From NCBI GenBank assembly GCA_902629215.1, contig CACOQC010000002.1, positions 14,009-78,008 on the forward strand: a stretch of DNA of 64,000 nucleotides. Direction: 5' to 3'. Positions within the stretch are counted from its first letter, which is position 1, and every line of letters starts with the position of its first letter. This document shows, one piece after another, positions 14,091 through 21,998 of this stretch. The notes under the pieces were generated by a model. The model ran no database searches and was not told the DNA's origin. It was given only the letters and a program-made list of their open reading frames with translations. The position numbers and the translations under genes are program-made. This DNA is from an uncultured Pelagibacteraceae bacterium (GTDB lineage Bacteria; Pseudomonadota; Alphaproteobacteria; Pelagibacterales; Pelagibacteraceae).

Positions 14091-14122
14091 TTTTTTTCCT
14101 CTTTATTTATAATTTTATTTCT

Positions 14123-14196
14123 TGGAGCGGGTAAAGGGAATCGAACCCTTACATCCAGCTTGGAAGGCTAGCGTTCTACCATTGAACTACACCCGC
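14123..14196 (-). tRNA. tRNA-Gly(TCC)
   Basis: GCGGGTGTAGTTCAATGGTAGAACGCTAGCCTTCCAAGCTGG...GTTCGATTCCCTTTACCCGCTCCA. Confidence 0.97.
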
Positions 14197-14242
14197 ACAA
14201 ACCCAAGAATAACACTCCAGTATTATTTAAAATTTCATTGAA

Positions 14243-14328
14243 TGGTGGAGGGGGAAAGATTCGAACTTTCGAAGACCGAAGTCAACGGGTTTACAGCCCG
14301 CCCCATTTGACCGCTCTGGAACCCCTCC
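14243..14328 (-). tRNA. tRNA-Tyr(GTA)
   Basis: GGAGGGGTTCCAGAGCGGTCAAATGGGGCGGGCTGTAAACCCG..., long variable arm, CCA end. Confidence 0.97.
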
Positions 14329-14458
14329 CTTAGGGGAAGTGTCCCCTTGTTCAATAAAGCTTCAAACAACAAGCGTTTTATATATTTTATTTGTGCAAAT
14401 GCAACACGTGATTTAATAGGAAAATATTCAAAAAAACGTGTAAAACATAGGATTATTT

Positions 14459-15202
14459 ATGAATAAATCATCATTTTTCATTGTTGGCCAACACGCTGTT
14501 ATTGAGGCTCTCAAAAATCCAAAAAGAAAGGTACTGAGAGTTTTTTTAACAGAGGAAAGCAAAAAAAACATACACAGAAAAAGCCCAACCAAAAACCTTC
14601 TTGATGATGTAAAGGTTTATTTTAAAACTAAAAAAGAATTAGACAAATATAGCACCAAAGAGAATTTGTTACATCAAGGATATGTTGCTGAAATAGAGCA
14701 CTTAGAAAAACCAATTCTCAAAGAATTTATAAAAAAAAAGGATAATATCACCTTAGTTTGTTTAGATGGGGTAACAGATCCTAGAAATATTGGAGCTTTA
14801 ATTAGAAGTGCTACATCCTTTAACATTGATGGAATCATTATTAAAGAAAGACATTATCCAAGTGAAAGTAAACTTATGTATAAATCTTCTAGTGGAGCCA
14901 TTGAGTATATGAATATTTTTGAAGTATCTAACATAAACTCTACTTTAAAAAATTTAAAAGATAAAAATTTTTGGGTTTATGGGTTTGATAGTAGTGGTAA
15001 CAAAGATTTTACAAATATAGAATGGAAAGGAAACAATATTCTTTTATTTGGATCTGAAGGCTTTGGTATGCATAAACACACATCCAAATATGCTGATTTT
15101 TTAGTAAAAATAGAAATTGATAACAAAGTAGAAAGTCTAAATATCTCTAATAGTGCTGCTATCGTATTTCATCATTTAAATTATTTAAAAAAAAAGAGTT
15201 GA
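14459..15202 (+). CDS. rlmB: 23S rRNA 2'-O-ribose methyltransferase, RlmB/TrmH (SpoU) family
   Basis: LDGVTDPRNIGALIRS, FGSEGFG and ESLNIS SPOUT motifs. Confidence 0.88.
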   Translation: MNKSSFFIVGQHAVIEALKNPKRKVLRVFLTEESKKNIHRKSPTKNLLDDVKVYFKTKKELDKYSTKENLLHQGYVAEIEHLEKPILKEFIKKKDNITLVCLDGVTDPRNIGALIRSATSFNIDGIIIKERHYPSESKLMYKSSSGAIEYMNIFEVSNINSTLKNLKDKNFWVYGFDSSGNKDFTNIEWKGNNILLFGSEGFGMHKHTSKYADFLVKIEIDNKVESLNISNSAAIVFHHLNYLKKKS

Positions 15203-15235
15203 TTAATTTAAGAATTATTAATAATTATTGCGCAT

Positions 15236-15311
15236 GCCCTTGTAGCTCAGCTGGTAGAGCAATTGATTTGTAATCAATAGGTCCGCGGTTCGAATCCGTG
15301 CGGGGGCACCA
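15236..15311 (+). tRNA. tRNA-Thr(TGT)
   Basis: GCCCTTGTAGCTCAGCTGGTAGAGCAATTGATTTGTAATCAATAGGTCCGCGGTTCGAATCCGTGCGGGGGCACCA. Confidence 0.97.
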
Positions 15312-15374
15312 TCACTCAATAAAATCAACGTTAATTATTTTTTAAAATTTTAAGGTTCATAAAATTTCTCTGCT

Positions 15375-15407
15375 TAGTGTGTACATAGTGTGTATAGATT
15401 GTGTATC
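15375..15407 (+). repeat. Three tandem 11-bp repeats, candidate integrase arm-type sites
   Basis: TAGTGTGTACA / TAGTGTGTATA / GATTGTGTATC. Confidence 0.7.
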
Positions 15408-15421
15408 AATCAAGTAGTCTT

Positions 15422-16285
15422 TTATTCACCGTTTATTGCTAAAATGGTAAGGTCATCTTTGATAATACTTTTTTCCTCGATAGATATGGTTTGTAAAGCA
15501 CCAAAAGCAGAAACTTCTATAAAAATATTTTCTAATTGTTTTTCAATACTATGATCTTTATTTCTATTTAATAAATCTATTATACCTTCAGTTTCAATTT
15601 CATTGCCTTCAAAATCTCTACTTTCACTCAAACCATCACTATATATATAAAAAAGTTTATCTTTTAAGGATATCTTATTTAAACTTCTATCTAGGTCAGA
15701 AATAATAGACTGAACTCCTAGTGGTGGAATTTTATTAGCAATATGCTCAGTAAATTTTTTATTCTCTGAAATTATACAATTTGAATGACCAGCATTTATA
15801 AATTCAAGATTTTTAGATTTTTTATCGTATACAGCAAATATTCCAGTTAAAAATTTTGATGAACGCAAAGTATATAAGTTATCATTTATTAATGATACAA
15901 TTTGACTAATGCTCTTGTTTTCTCCAACAAAAATTTCAAACAAAGTAGTGGCTCTTGACATAATAAGTCCTGCATCAACTCCTTTGCCAGAAACATCAGC
16001 AAGAACTATAAAGATTTTATCTCCAAAATTTTTGAAATTATAAAAGTCTCCAGAAATATCTAAGGAAGGTACATTTTTAGCAAAAAGAATATTTTCATGA
16101 TTATTAGTCTTTGGAAACATAAGTTTTTGAACTCGTGTTCCTTTTTTGAGTTCTTTTTCTGCTACACTTTTTCTATTTAAAAATTTTAGATTTGTTTTCT
16201 CAATTCTTTCCCATGCTTCTTTGGGTTTCAGTCCATGTTTTTTTGCTAATGCTATTAAATCTTCCCAATTATTTATTTTCATCAT
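15422..16285 (-). CDS. PP2C-type (SpoIIE/RsbU family) protein phosphatase
   Basis: SGDFY, LADVSGKG, INAGH, YSDGLSE and DDLTIL motifs; short helical N-terminus with no sensor domain. Confidence 0.92.
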   Translation of the reverse strand: MMKINNWEDLIALAKKHGLKPKEAWERIEKTNLKFLNRKSVAEKELKKGTRVQKLMFPKTNNHENILFAKNVPSLDISGDFYNFKNFGDKIFIVLADVSGKGVDAGLIMSRATTLFEIFVGENKSISQIVSLINDNLYTLRSSKFLTGIFAVYDKKSKNLEFINAGHSNCIISENKKFTEHIANKIPPLGVQSIISDLDRSLNKISLKDKLFYIYSDGLSESRDFEGNEIETEGIIDLLNRNKDHSIEKQLENIFIEVSAFGALQTISIEEKSIIKDDLTILAINGE

Positions 16286-16307
16286 AAATTTTAATTAATT
16301 ATAAATT

Positions 16308-16673
16308 CTATTTTTTTGATACTATTTGATCTGAAAGTGGGGCTACGACACTAATGATTGTATCAATATCTTGGGTTTCAACATTTAACTCTTCTAATGT
16401 TTTTTTAAGATGTCCGGCAACTCCATTAAAATCTTCTTGGGAAATATTCATGCCTTGATGAGCAGCTTTCATATCAAGACCAGTATATTCTTTTGGTCCA
16501 CCTAAAGCTTGAGAAATGAAATTTGTTTGATGTGAAATTAAAACTTTCATATCAGTATTTGAAAAAAACTTTTTTAAATTATCATCGGCTATAATTTTTT
16601 GGTAAAAATTAATAACAATTTGAGCAACTGTTTTTTTTCCACCATATTTTTCAAAAAGTGTTTGAGTCATCAT
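16308..16673 (-). CDS. Group I truncated hemoglobin (GlbN-like)
   Basis: LFEKYGG, FY..I..D..L..FF, ALGGPKEYTG, proximal His in MKAAHQGM. Confidence 0.93.
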   Translation of the reverse strand: MMTQTLFEKYGGKKTVAQIVINFYQKIIADDNLKKFFSNTDMKVLISHQTNFISQALGGPKEYTGLDMKAAHQGMNISQEDFNGVAGHLKKTLEELNVETQDIDTIISVVAPLSDQIVSKK

Positions 16674-16684
16674 TCTAATTATAT

Positions 16685-16706
16685 CATTGTGCCTATAGTG
16701 TGTACA
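16685..16706 (+). repeat. Two tandem 11-bp repeats matching those at 15375-15407
   Basis: CATTGTGCCTA / TAGTGTGTACA; the second is identical to 15375-15385. Confidence 0.7.
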
Positions 16707-16763
16707 GATTTGAAATAACTTTCAATTAACATTGATAGTATTTATTTTTTTGGATTTAGATTC

Positions 16764-16813
16764 TTGATTTGTAATCAATAGGTCCGCGGTTCGAATCCGT
16801 GCGGGGGCACCAT
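16764..16813 (+). repeat. attR-like copy of the tRNA-Thr 3' part
   Basis: TTGATTTGTAATCAATAGGTCCGCGGTTCGAATCCGTGCGGGGGCACCAT, identical to 15263-15312; 5' acceptor strand and D arm are absent. Confidence 0.95.
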
Positions 16814-16823
16814 TAAATCTCAT

Positions 16824-17273
16824 TTATTTGCCATATAAATTAATTTTTCTTAACCAATTTGAAAACTCATTTCTATTCATTTCTGTATTTTTTGTTGATA
16901 CAGGATTTTCTGTTTTATCTTCTACATTGATTACTTCCATTAATAATATTTGATCTTCATAATTTGTATTTTTTTTTGAATAATTTACCAATATTAAATC
17001 AGCATTTAATTCTTTTGACAATTTCCAAAGTGTTAGAAATTTTCTTTTATTTAAATGAAAGTATCTATTTGGGTGACTTGTAAAAGGAGTTACTTTATTT
17101 TTAAATTGTTTTTCGTCACAAAGCAAATATTCAAGAATTAAATACTTCCCAGTTTGCGAATTAGTCTGAATTCTATCAAAATTTATACCGTAAGTAGGAT
17201 CACCCTTTAAGCATTCTCTAACAAACTCATCTGCGCTATCATCACTTGATAAGAGTGGTTTGCTCTTGTTCAT
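16824..17273 (-). CDS. Hypothetical protein, possible PD-(D/E)XK nuclease-like fold
   Basis: 149-aa ORF overlapping the MTase stop by 4 bp; FDRI...ILEY acidic spacing; fold is a guess. Confidence 0.55.
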   Translation of the reverse strand: MNKSKPLLSSDDSADEFVRECLKGDPTYGINFDRIQTNSQTGKYLILEYLLCDEKQFKNKVTPFTSHPNRYFHLNKRKFLTLWKLSKELNADLILVNYSKKNTNYEDQILLMEVINVEDKTENPVSTKNTEMNRNEFSNWLRKINLYGK

Positions 17274-18049
17274 TTTATTTTTCTAATTCTATTCTTTATA
17301 AGCTTTATATATTTATTTTCTTTTTCAATTCCTATCCAATGTCTTTTCAATTTTTTTGCAACAAACGCAGTTGTACCACTTCCCATAAATGGGTCTAAAA
17401 CTATATCTCCTTTTTTGGAAGAGGCAGTAATTATTCTTTCCAGCATAGCCTCAGGTTTTTGTGTTGGATGAGCTGCTTTACCACTTTTATCTCTAAGTCT
17501 CTCTTTGCCTTGTACTAAAGGAAAATTCCAAACATCTCTCATTTGTTTTTCTGATCCATCTTTTTGTTTGTCAGGATTAATTTTTTTTAACTCTTTGTAA
17601 TTAAAAATCCATTTTTTTCCTTTAACAGCCCAAACAATTAATTCTGTTGAATGAGTATAAACACGTTTAGTCATGTTAGGCATAGCATTGGTTTTTTGCC
17701 AAGTAATAATATTTTTAATTAGGAAACCAAATTTTTTTAAGACTACTAAAATTTCTCCAATATTATGAAAGGTTCCACAAACATAGATAGAGCCATTATC
17801 TTTTAAAGCAGTATGACAACCTTTGATCCATTGTTCGGTAAAAGCGAAGTAATCTGGATCTGACATTTTATCCCATTTCTCATTGACCATAAACCAATCT
17901 CCACCAGTTTTATTTCCTTGCCATTTAAGGGCATTACCAGAAAGATTGTAAGGGGGATCGGCAAACACTAAATCTATAGAATTTTTTTTTATTTTCTTAT
18001 TTAAAATTTCTGTGCAATCACCATTATAAATATTATTTAATTTCATCAA
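17270..18049 (-). CDS. Site-specific DNA methyltransferase, beta class (N6/N4)
   Basis: FADPPY near the N-terminus, [16 protein letters not shown] near the C-terminus. Confidence 0.95.
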   Translation of the reverse strand: MMKLNNIYNGDCTEILNKKIKKNSIDLVFADPPYNLSGNALKWQGNKTGGDWFMVNEKWDKMSDPDYFAFTEQWIKGCHTALKDNGSIYVCGTFHNIGEILVVLKKFGFLIKNIITWQKTNAMPNMTKRVYTHSTELIVWAVKGKKWIFNYKELKKINPDKQKDGSEKQMRDVWNFPLVQGKERLRDKSGKAAHPTQKPEAMLERIITASSKKGDIVLDPFMGSGTTAFVAKKLKRHWIGIEKENKYIKLIKNRIRKIK

Positions 18050-19686
18050 AATTTTGAGTTAAAAGTTTTAAATTTATTTTCAATATTCAAAAGCCAATCT
18101 AATTTTTTATTATAATAAGTATCCATAGATTTTAATAAATTCTCAATTTCACTTTCACTAAAATTTAAATTATTTAAATTTTTTAGACAATTTTCGATAA
18201 ATTCCTTAATTATATTTAAGTTTATTGGAATAATAGATAATTTTTTTCCTTCATAACCAGCGCCTTGATGTGGATTTGAATAAAATTGATAAACTTTACT
18301 TAAATCTTTATCAATATATGGGGCTATGAAAATACAATAACTGTTTTTTTTCGCCTTATTAATATGATCATTTAAATGTCTAGGCACAGATTCATCTTCT
18401 GCTTTTTTTTGACTTTTTCCTATTAGTGTTGTTGTTTCTAATATTAAATCAAAATTTGTATAATTGATAATTAAATCAGGTCCATTTCCAGGTGCTGTTG
18501 ATCTTGGTAAACCTTCTGCGTCTAAATTTTTAACTGGTGCATTAAACTTTTTAAAACTATCAATGAAAAACATTAATCTATAAATTAGTCTCTCAGCATC
18601 GATTCCCATTCCATAAGTTTCTTTTTTTTTAATTAGATTACTTATTTCTTTTAAAATAATTTGTAAATTTTCCTCCGATTTTGATAATTTTACTGATCTT
18701 GAAACTATACTAGTAAAATCATTTGTTGTGGTTTTAAAAGTCTTAAGCTCTGGCAGATTTTTATCATTAAGATATTTTAAATAATCATTAATATCTTTAT
18801 ATTCTAATGCTTCACCTGAAAATTTAGATAAAATTTCTTTTATTTCATTATTTCTATATTCATTAATATTTATATAAAAACCATTATCTTTAAATAAGTC
18901 AGTATAATAAAAGTATCTTCTTAAGTTGTCACCATAATCTTTACTGGTTGAGTATGGATTTTTAAAATTATTTTTTTTTGAAAATTTTCTGTATGTTTCT
19001 TTTATAAAATGAGATTTATCTTTTTTCTTCTTAATTTTTTTAAATTTGTTCCTAAAATTTATTATATCTTCAGCTACATCATCAACATCATTTATATTTA
19101 TTAAACTAGGTAAAAAAATATTTATTTCTGTTCGACTTATTCCCACATCCTTATTGTATTTTTGATTAACTGATTTAATTAATTTTATAAAACCAACTAA
19201 GGGTATTATATTATACCCATCCTTTACCTTATAATCTTTCAATTGGGTAAAATTTGGCAATTGCCATTTCAATAATGCTTTTAAGAAAATTTCAGATACT
19301 TTTTCCTCCTTTTTTATTAGTTCTTCACCACTACTAGTAACTTTTAAAAAACCGTTAAAAGTATTTACAAATCCAAGTTTTCTTGGTGGATCAAAATTTG
19401 ACCTACTTCGTCTAAATTCATCATCAAAATTTTGCTTTTTAAAAACCTGTTTTGCAAAATTGAAATCTAGTATTTCATTATTTTCATATTTTATTTGATC
19501 CTTTTGACTTAATTTTTTCAGTGACGGTGAGTACGCTTTAGATTGAATAATTCTGTACATAAATTCTCTTGGCATTGTATCGTTATTCCATTTTTTACCC
19601 TCAAAATATTTTTTTATTACTTTTAATTGATCAGGTATTCTATATGGTGATCGAACAGTTGTTGATATTGAGACCAATTTTTTCAT
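18046..19686 (-). CDS. Type II restriction endonuclease, AlwI-like family
   Basis: [10 protein letters not shown]-terminus, [20 protein letters not shown]...LETTTL...ESVPRHL catalytic region; lies between two MTases. Confidence 0.8.
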   Translation of the reverse strand: MKKLVSISTTVRSPYRIPDQLKVIKKYFEGKKWNNDTMPREFMYRIIQSKAYSPSLKKLSQKDQIKYENNEILDFNFAKQVFKKQNFDDEFRRSRSNFDPPRKLGFVNTFNGFLKVTSSGEELIKKEEKVSEIFLKALLKWQLPNFTQLKDYKVKDGYNIIPLVGFIKLIKSVNQKYNKDVGISRTEINIFLPSLININDVDDVAEDIINFRNKFKKIKKKKDKSHFIKETYRKFSKKNNFKNPYSTSKDYGDNLRRYFYYTDLFKDNGFYININEYRNNEIKEILSKFSGEALEYKDINDYLKYLNDKNLPELKTFKTTTNDFTSIVSRSVKLSKSEENLQIILKEISNLIKKKETYGMGIDAERLIYRLMFFIDSFKKFNAPVKNLDAEGLPRSTAPGNGPDLIINYTNFDLILETTTLIGKSQKKAEDESVPRHLNDHINKAKKNSYCIFIAPYIDKDLSKVYQFYSNPHQGAGYEGKKLSIIPINLNIIKEFIENCLKNLNNLNFSESEIENLLKSMDTYYNKKLDWLLNIENKFKTFNSKF

Positions 19687-20684
19687 TTAACTCTACAATA
19701 AAATAATATTTCTTTATGATTTTCTGTTTTACTTTTTCCAGTAGTGAATGCCTTAAAATCTATTTGATTGATTTCAGTTTTACCCTTTTTCATTAAGATT
19801 TTTTTAATTTGATTAAATGATATTTTGGCATTTGATCTTCCATGCTTAGTATTTTCAGTATTGTTATAAGAAACTATTATATGTTTTGCATTAAGCTTTG
19901 TAATTAGATCTTGAAATTCATACCCAGCGTCTTTGCTGCAATATTTACTTTTTATATGTGATCTATCCATTTTTTTTGCTTTCCCAAATACATCTGGTTT
20001 ATTCCACGAAGCTAGATTATCTAATAAATGATAAGTATCCGAATACTGTCTAGAGTTGTAGGGTGGATCTATATAAACCACGTCCCCTTTAATTTCATTG
20101 GCAAGAATATTTGCGTCCATACAATACACCTTATTATTTTTATTCTTTCTATAATCTATGTTTGGAGCTTGGAGCTCTAGTTTGCCTCTAGTATCAAGAT
20201 TTTCTCTATAAGCATCGTAATGGCCTACAGTGTTTGCAATCCTGTCTGCCGCATAAATAAGTGATGTGATTAAAATAAATTTTTCATCAGAATTAGATGA
20301 TATTTTTTCAATTTTTTCCCTAATAGCTCCAATTTTAATTGCATTATCTTTTGTAAAATATTTATTGCCAAAATTTTTTGAAAAATAATTTGCTTTATTA
20401 GTTTTTATTGAATTTAAAATCTCTATTTTTTTTGCAAGCTTATTTGGAGATTTAGTTATTTCAAAAAAAGATTTTGCTATTACGTAATTACTATAAAGTA
20501 AATCATTAGTAATAATTCTTACTTTATTTGAGTTAAAACTATTTGCTACTACGCTTGTTCCAGAAAATAAATCTATAAAAGAAGAATAATTTCCACATTT
20601 TTTTGTTACTAGTTCTTTGATTGAATTGAGGAGTTTAAATTTATTACCTAAATATCTTCTATTTTGGATATTAAAACTTTTCAT
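19683..20684 (-). CDS. DNA adenine methyltransferase (D12/Dam-like, alpha class)
   Basis: RRYLGNK, DLFSGTSVV, YIDPPYNSRQY; ATG at 20684 (ORF track extends to 20696). Confidence 0.93.
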   Translation of the reverse strand: MKSFNIQNRRYLGNKFKLLNSIKELVTKKCGNYSSFIDLFSGTSVVANSFNSNKVRIITNDLLYSNYVIAKSFFEITKSPNKLAKKIEILNSIKTNKANYFSKNFGNKYFTKDNAIKIGAIREKIEKISSNSDEKFILITSLIYAADRIANTVGHYDAYRENLDTRGKLELQAPNIDYRKNKNNKVYCMDANILANEIKGDVVYIDPPYNSRQYSDTYHLLDNLASWNKPDVFGKAKKMDRSHIKSKYCSKDAGYEFQDLITKLNAKHIIVSYNNTENTKHGRSNAKISFNQIKKILMKKGKTEINQIDFKAFTTGKSKTENHKEILFYCRVK

Positions 20685-20770
20685 GATACTGGACAAATTT
20701 ATACCATATTTAATAGTTATATTAATAATTGTTAAAGTTCCTTATCTGAATTTTATACAACCCCTAAAAT

Positions 20771-21112
20771 ATGGAACAATTAGAACTGTTTGACTACAGA
20801 AGAGATCTTATTTTTGATTTTGAAAATCAAGTAGCACATTATTATGATATTCTTCATGAAACTAAAGATACGATCAGTTATTCAGAACATATAGATCCCA
20901 AAAAAGGATTTGCAATATGTGGCTTGGATTATGAGGAATATATCGATGTTAAGAAAGATAAACTTAATGGATTAAGTTATGATGATATACTTATCTTTCT
21001 TAAGAATTCAAAAAAAGAAGATAGGTTAGAAAAATATAAGAAATTATTAAAATTCAGAAATATAGATTTTGAAGCTGATTTATTTACTTGGAACAATAAT
21101 GACTTAAATTAA
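20771..21112 (+). CDS. Hypothetical protein
   Basis: 113-aa ATG ORF filling the intergenic space; no recognised motif. Confidence 0.7.
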   Translation: MEQLELFDYRRDLIFDFENQVAHYYDILHETKDTISYSEHIDPKKGFAICGLDYEEYIDVKKDKLNGLSYDDILIFLKNSKKEDRLEKYKKLLKFRNIDFEADLFTWNNNDLN

Positions 21113-21154
21113 ACAACAATCCCAATAAAAAATTGTCACTAAAATTTTTTTTAT

Positions 21155-21955
21155 TTAACTCTTTTTAGAAACAGTAAATTTAACTTTCTTATCATTGTGG
21201 TCTCGCCCAGTACCTGTTACACCACCATTCTTAATCCACTTTAACGTACCTGCAGCTCCCATGTTATTTGAACATGCAATTTGCCATGTTCCTTTTCCAC
21301 CTTTTTGCAAAGAATAGGTGCCGTTACAAGTTCCATCATTATTTGGTAATGGTATATTTAATGTTCCTCTGTAATCTTTTTCATCAAAATTAACTGTTCC
21401 TGCAATTAAATCTTGATAACCTTCCCAACTTAAAGCAATAGATCTTTCACCCTTTAATTCATATTTTTTTACAGTTTTTTTTGTTTCTTTTTTTTTTTCA
21501 ATTTTTTTAGGTTTTTCTTTTTTAACTAAATCATTTTTGTAAAAGCCTAGCTCAGTTAATTTTGCTAACATTTCTTGATCAGACCATTTGCTATTAAATG
21601 TAGATGCTTTTCCTTTTGCAGGGTTAATACCATTTTTCCATTTTACTGTTCTTTTAAAAGCAAATTTTCTACACTTTTTTCCAGTTTTACTCTCGCAAAT
21701 TTTTATATCTTGTGATGCTGAACCAGGAGCACATCTACCTTCACCACAATACCAGTACATTGAATCTGTTCCATCTAATGTTACATAAAAATCTGCAGGT
21801 TTTTTTCTGTTTTTACCTTTAACAAACTTTATAAAATGTTTTGCAACTCTATCAGTTAGTTGAAGTTCTCCCTCACCCCAAATAGATCCCGCTTTTGACG
21901 AATTTGAGAATATAAAAAAAGTAAATACCAATAACCCAAATATTTTTTTCATCAT
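21155..21955 (-). CDS. Hypothetical exported protein
   Basis: Signal peptide (MMKKIFGLLVFTFFIFSNSSKA), two Cys-containing domains joined by a Lys/Glu-rich linker. Confidence 0.75.
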   Translation of the reverse strand: MMKKIFGLLVFTFFIFSNSSKAGSIWGEGELQLTDRVAKHFIKFVKGKNRKKPADFYVTLDGTDSMYWYCGEGRCAPGSASQDIKICESKTGKKCRKFAFKRTVKWKNGINPAKGKASTFNSKWSDQEMLAKLTELGFYKNDLVKKEKPKKIEKKKETKKTVKKYELKGERSIALSWEGYQDLIAGTVNFDEKDYRGTLNIPLPNNDGTCNGTYSLQKGGKGTWQIACSNNMGAAGTLKWIKNGGVTGTGRDHNDKKVKFTVSKKS

Positions 21956-21998
21956 AAAATTATATCATTATTTTTATAGAGTAAAAAGATTTTAATTA

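Larger units (their letters stand above)
15263..16813. mobile_element. tRNA-Thr-integrated genomic islet with no integrase
   Basis: Identical 50-bp direct repeats at 15263-15312 and 16764-16813 enclose two cargo genes. Confidence 0.85.

Noticed and set aside
14332-14347. Hairpin AGGGGA-AGTG-TCCCCT beside tRNA-Tyr
   Set aside because: Lies in the tRNA 5' leader with no U-tract; no function can be assigned
15375-15407. CRISPR array
   Set aside because: Repeats are 11 bp, directly adjacent, without spacers, and no cas genes are present
16764-16813. Second functional tRNA-Thr gene
   Set aside because: The 5' acceptor strand and D arm are missing; it is an att duplicate
15312-21955. Prophage at tRNA-Thr
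   Set aside because: No integrase, capsid, terminase or replication genes are visible
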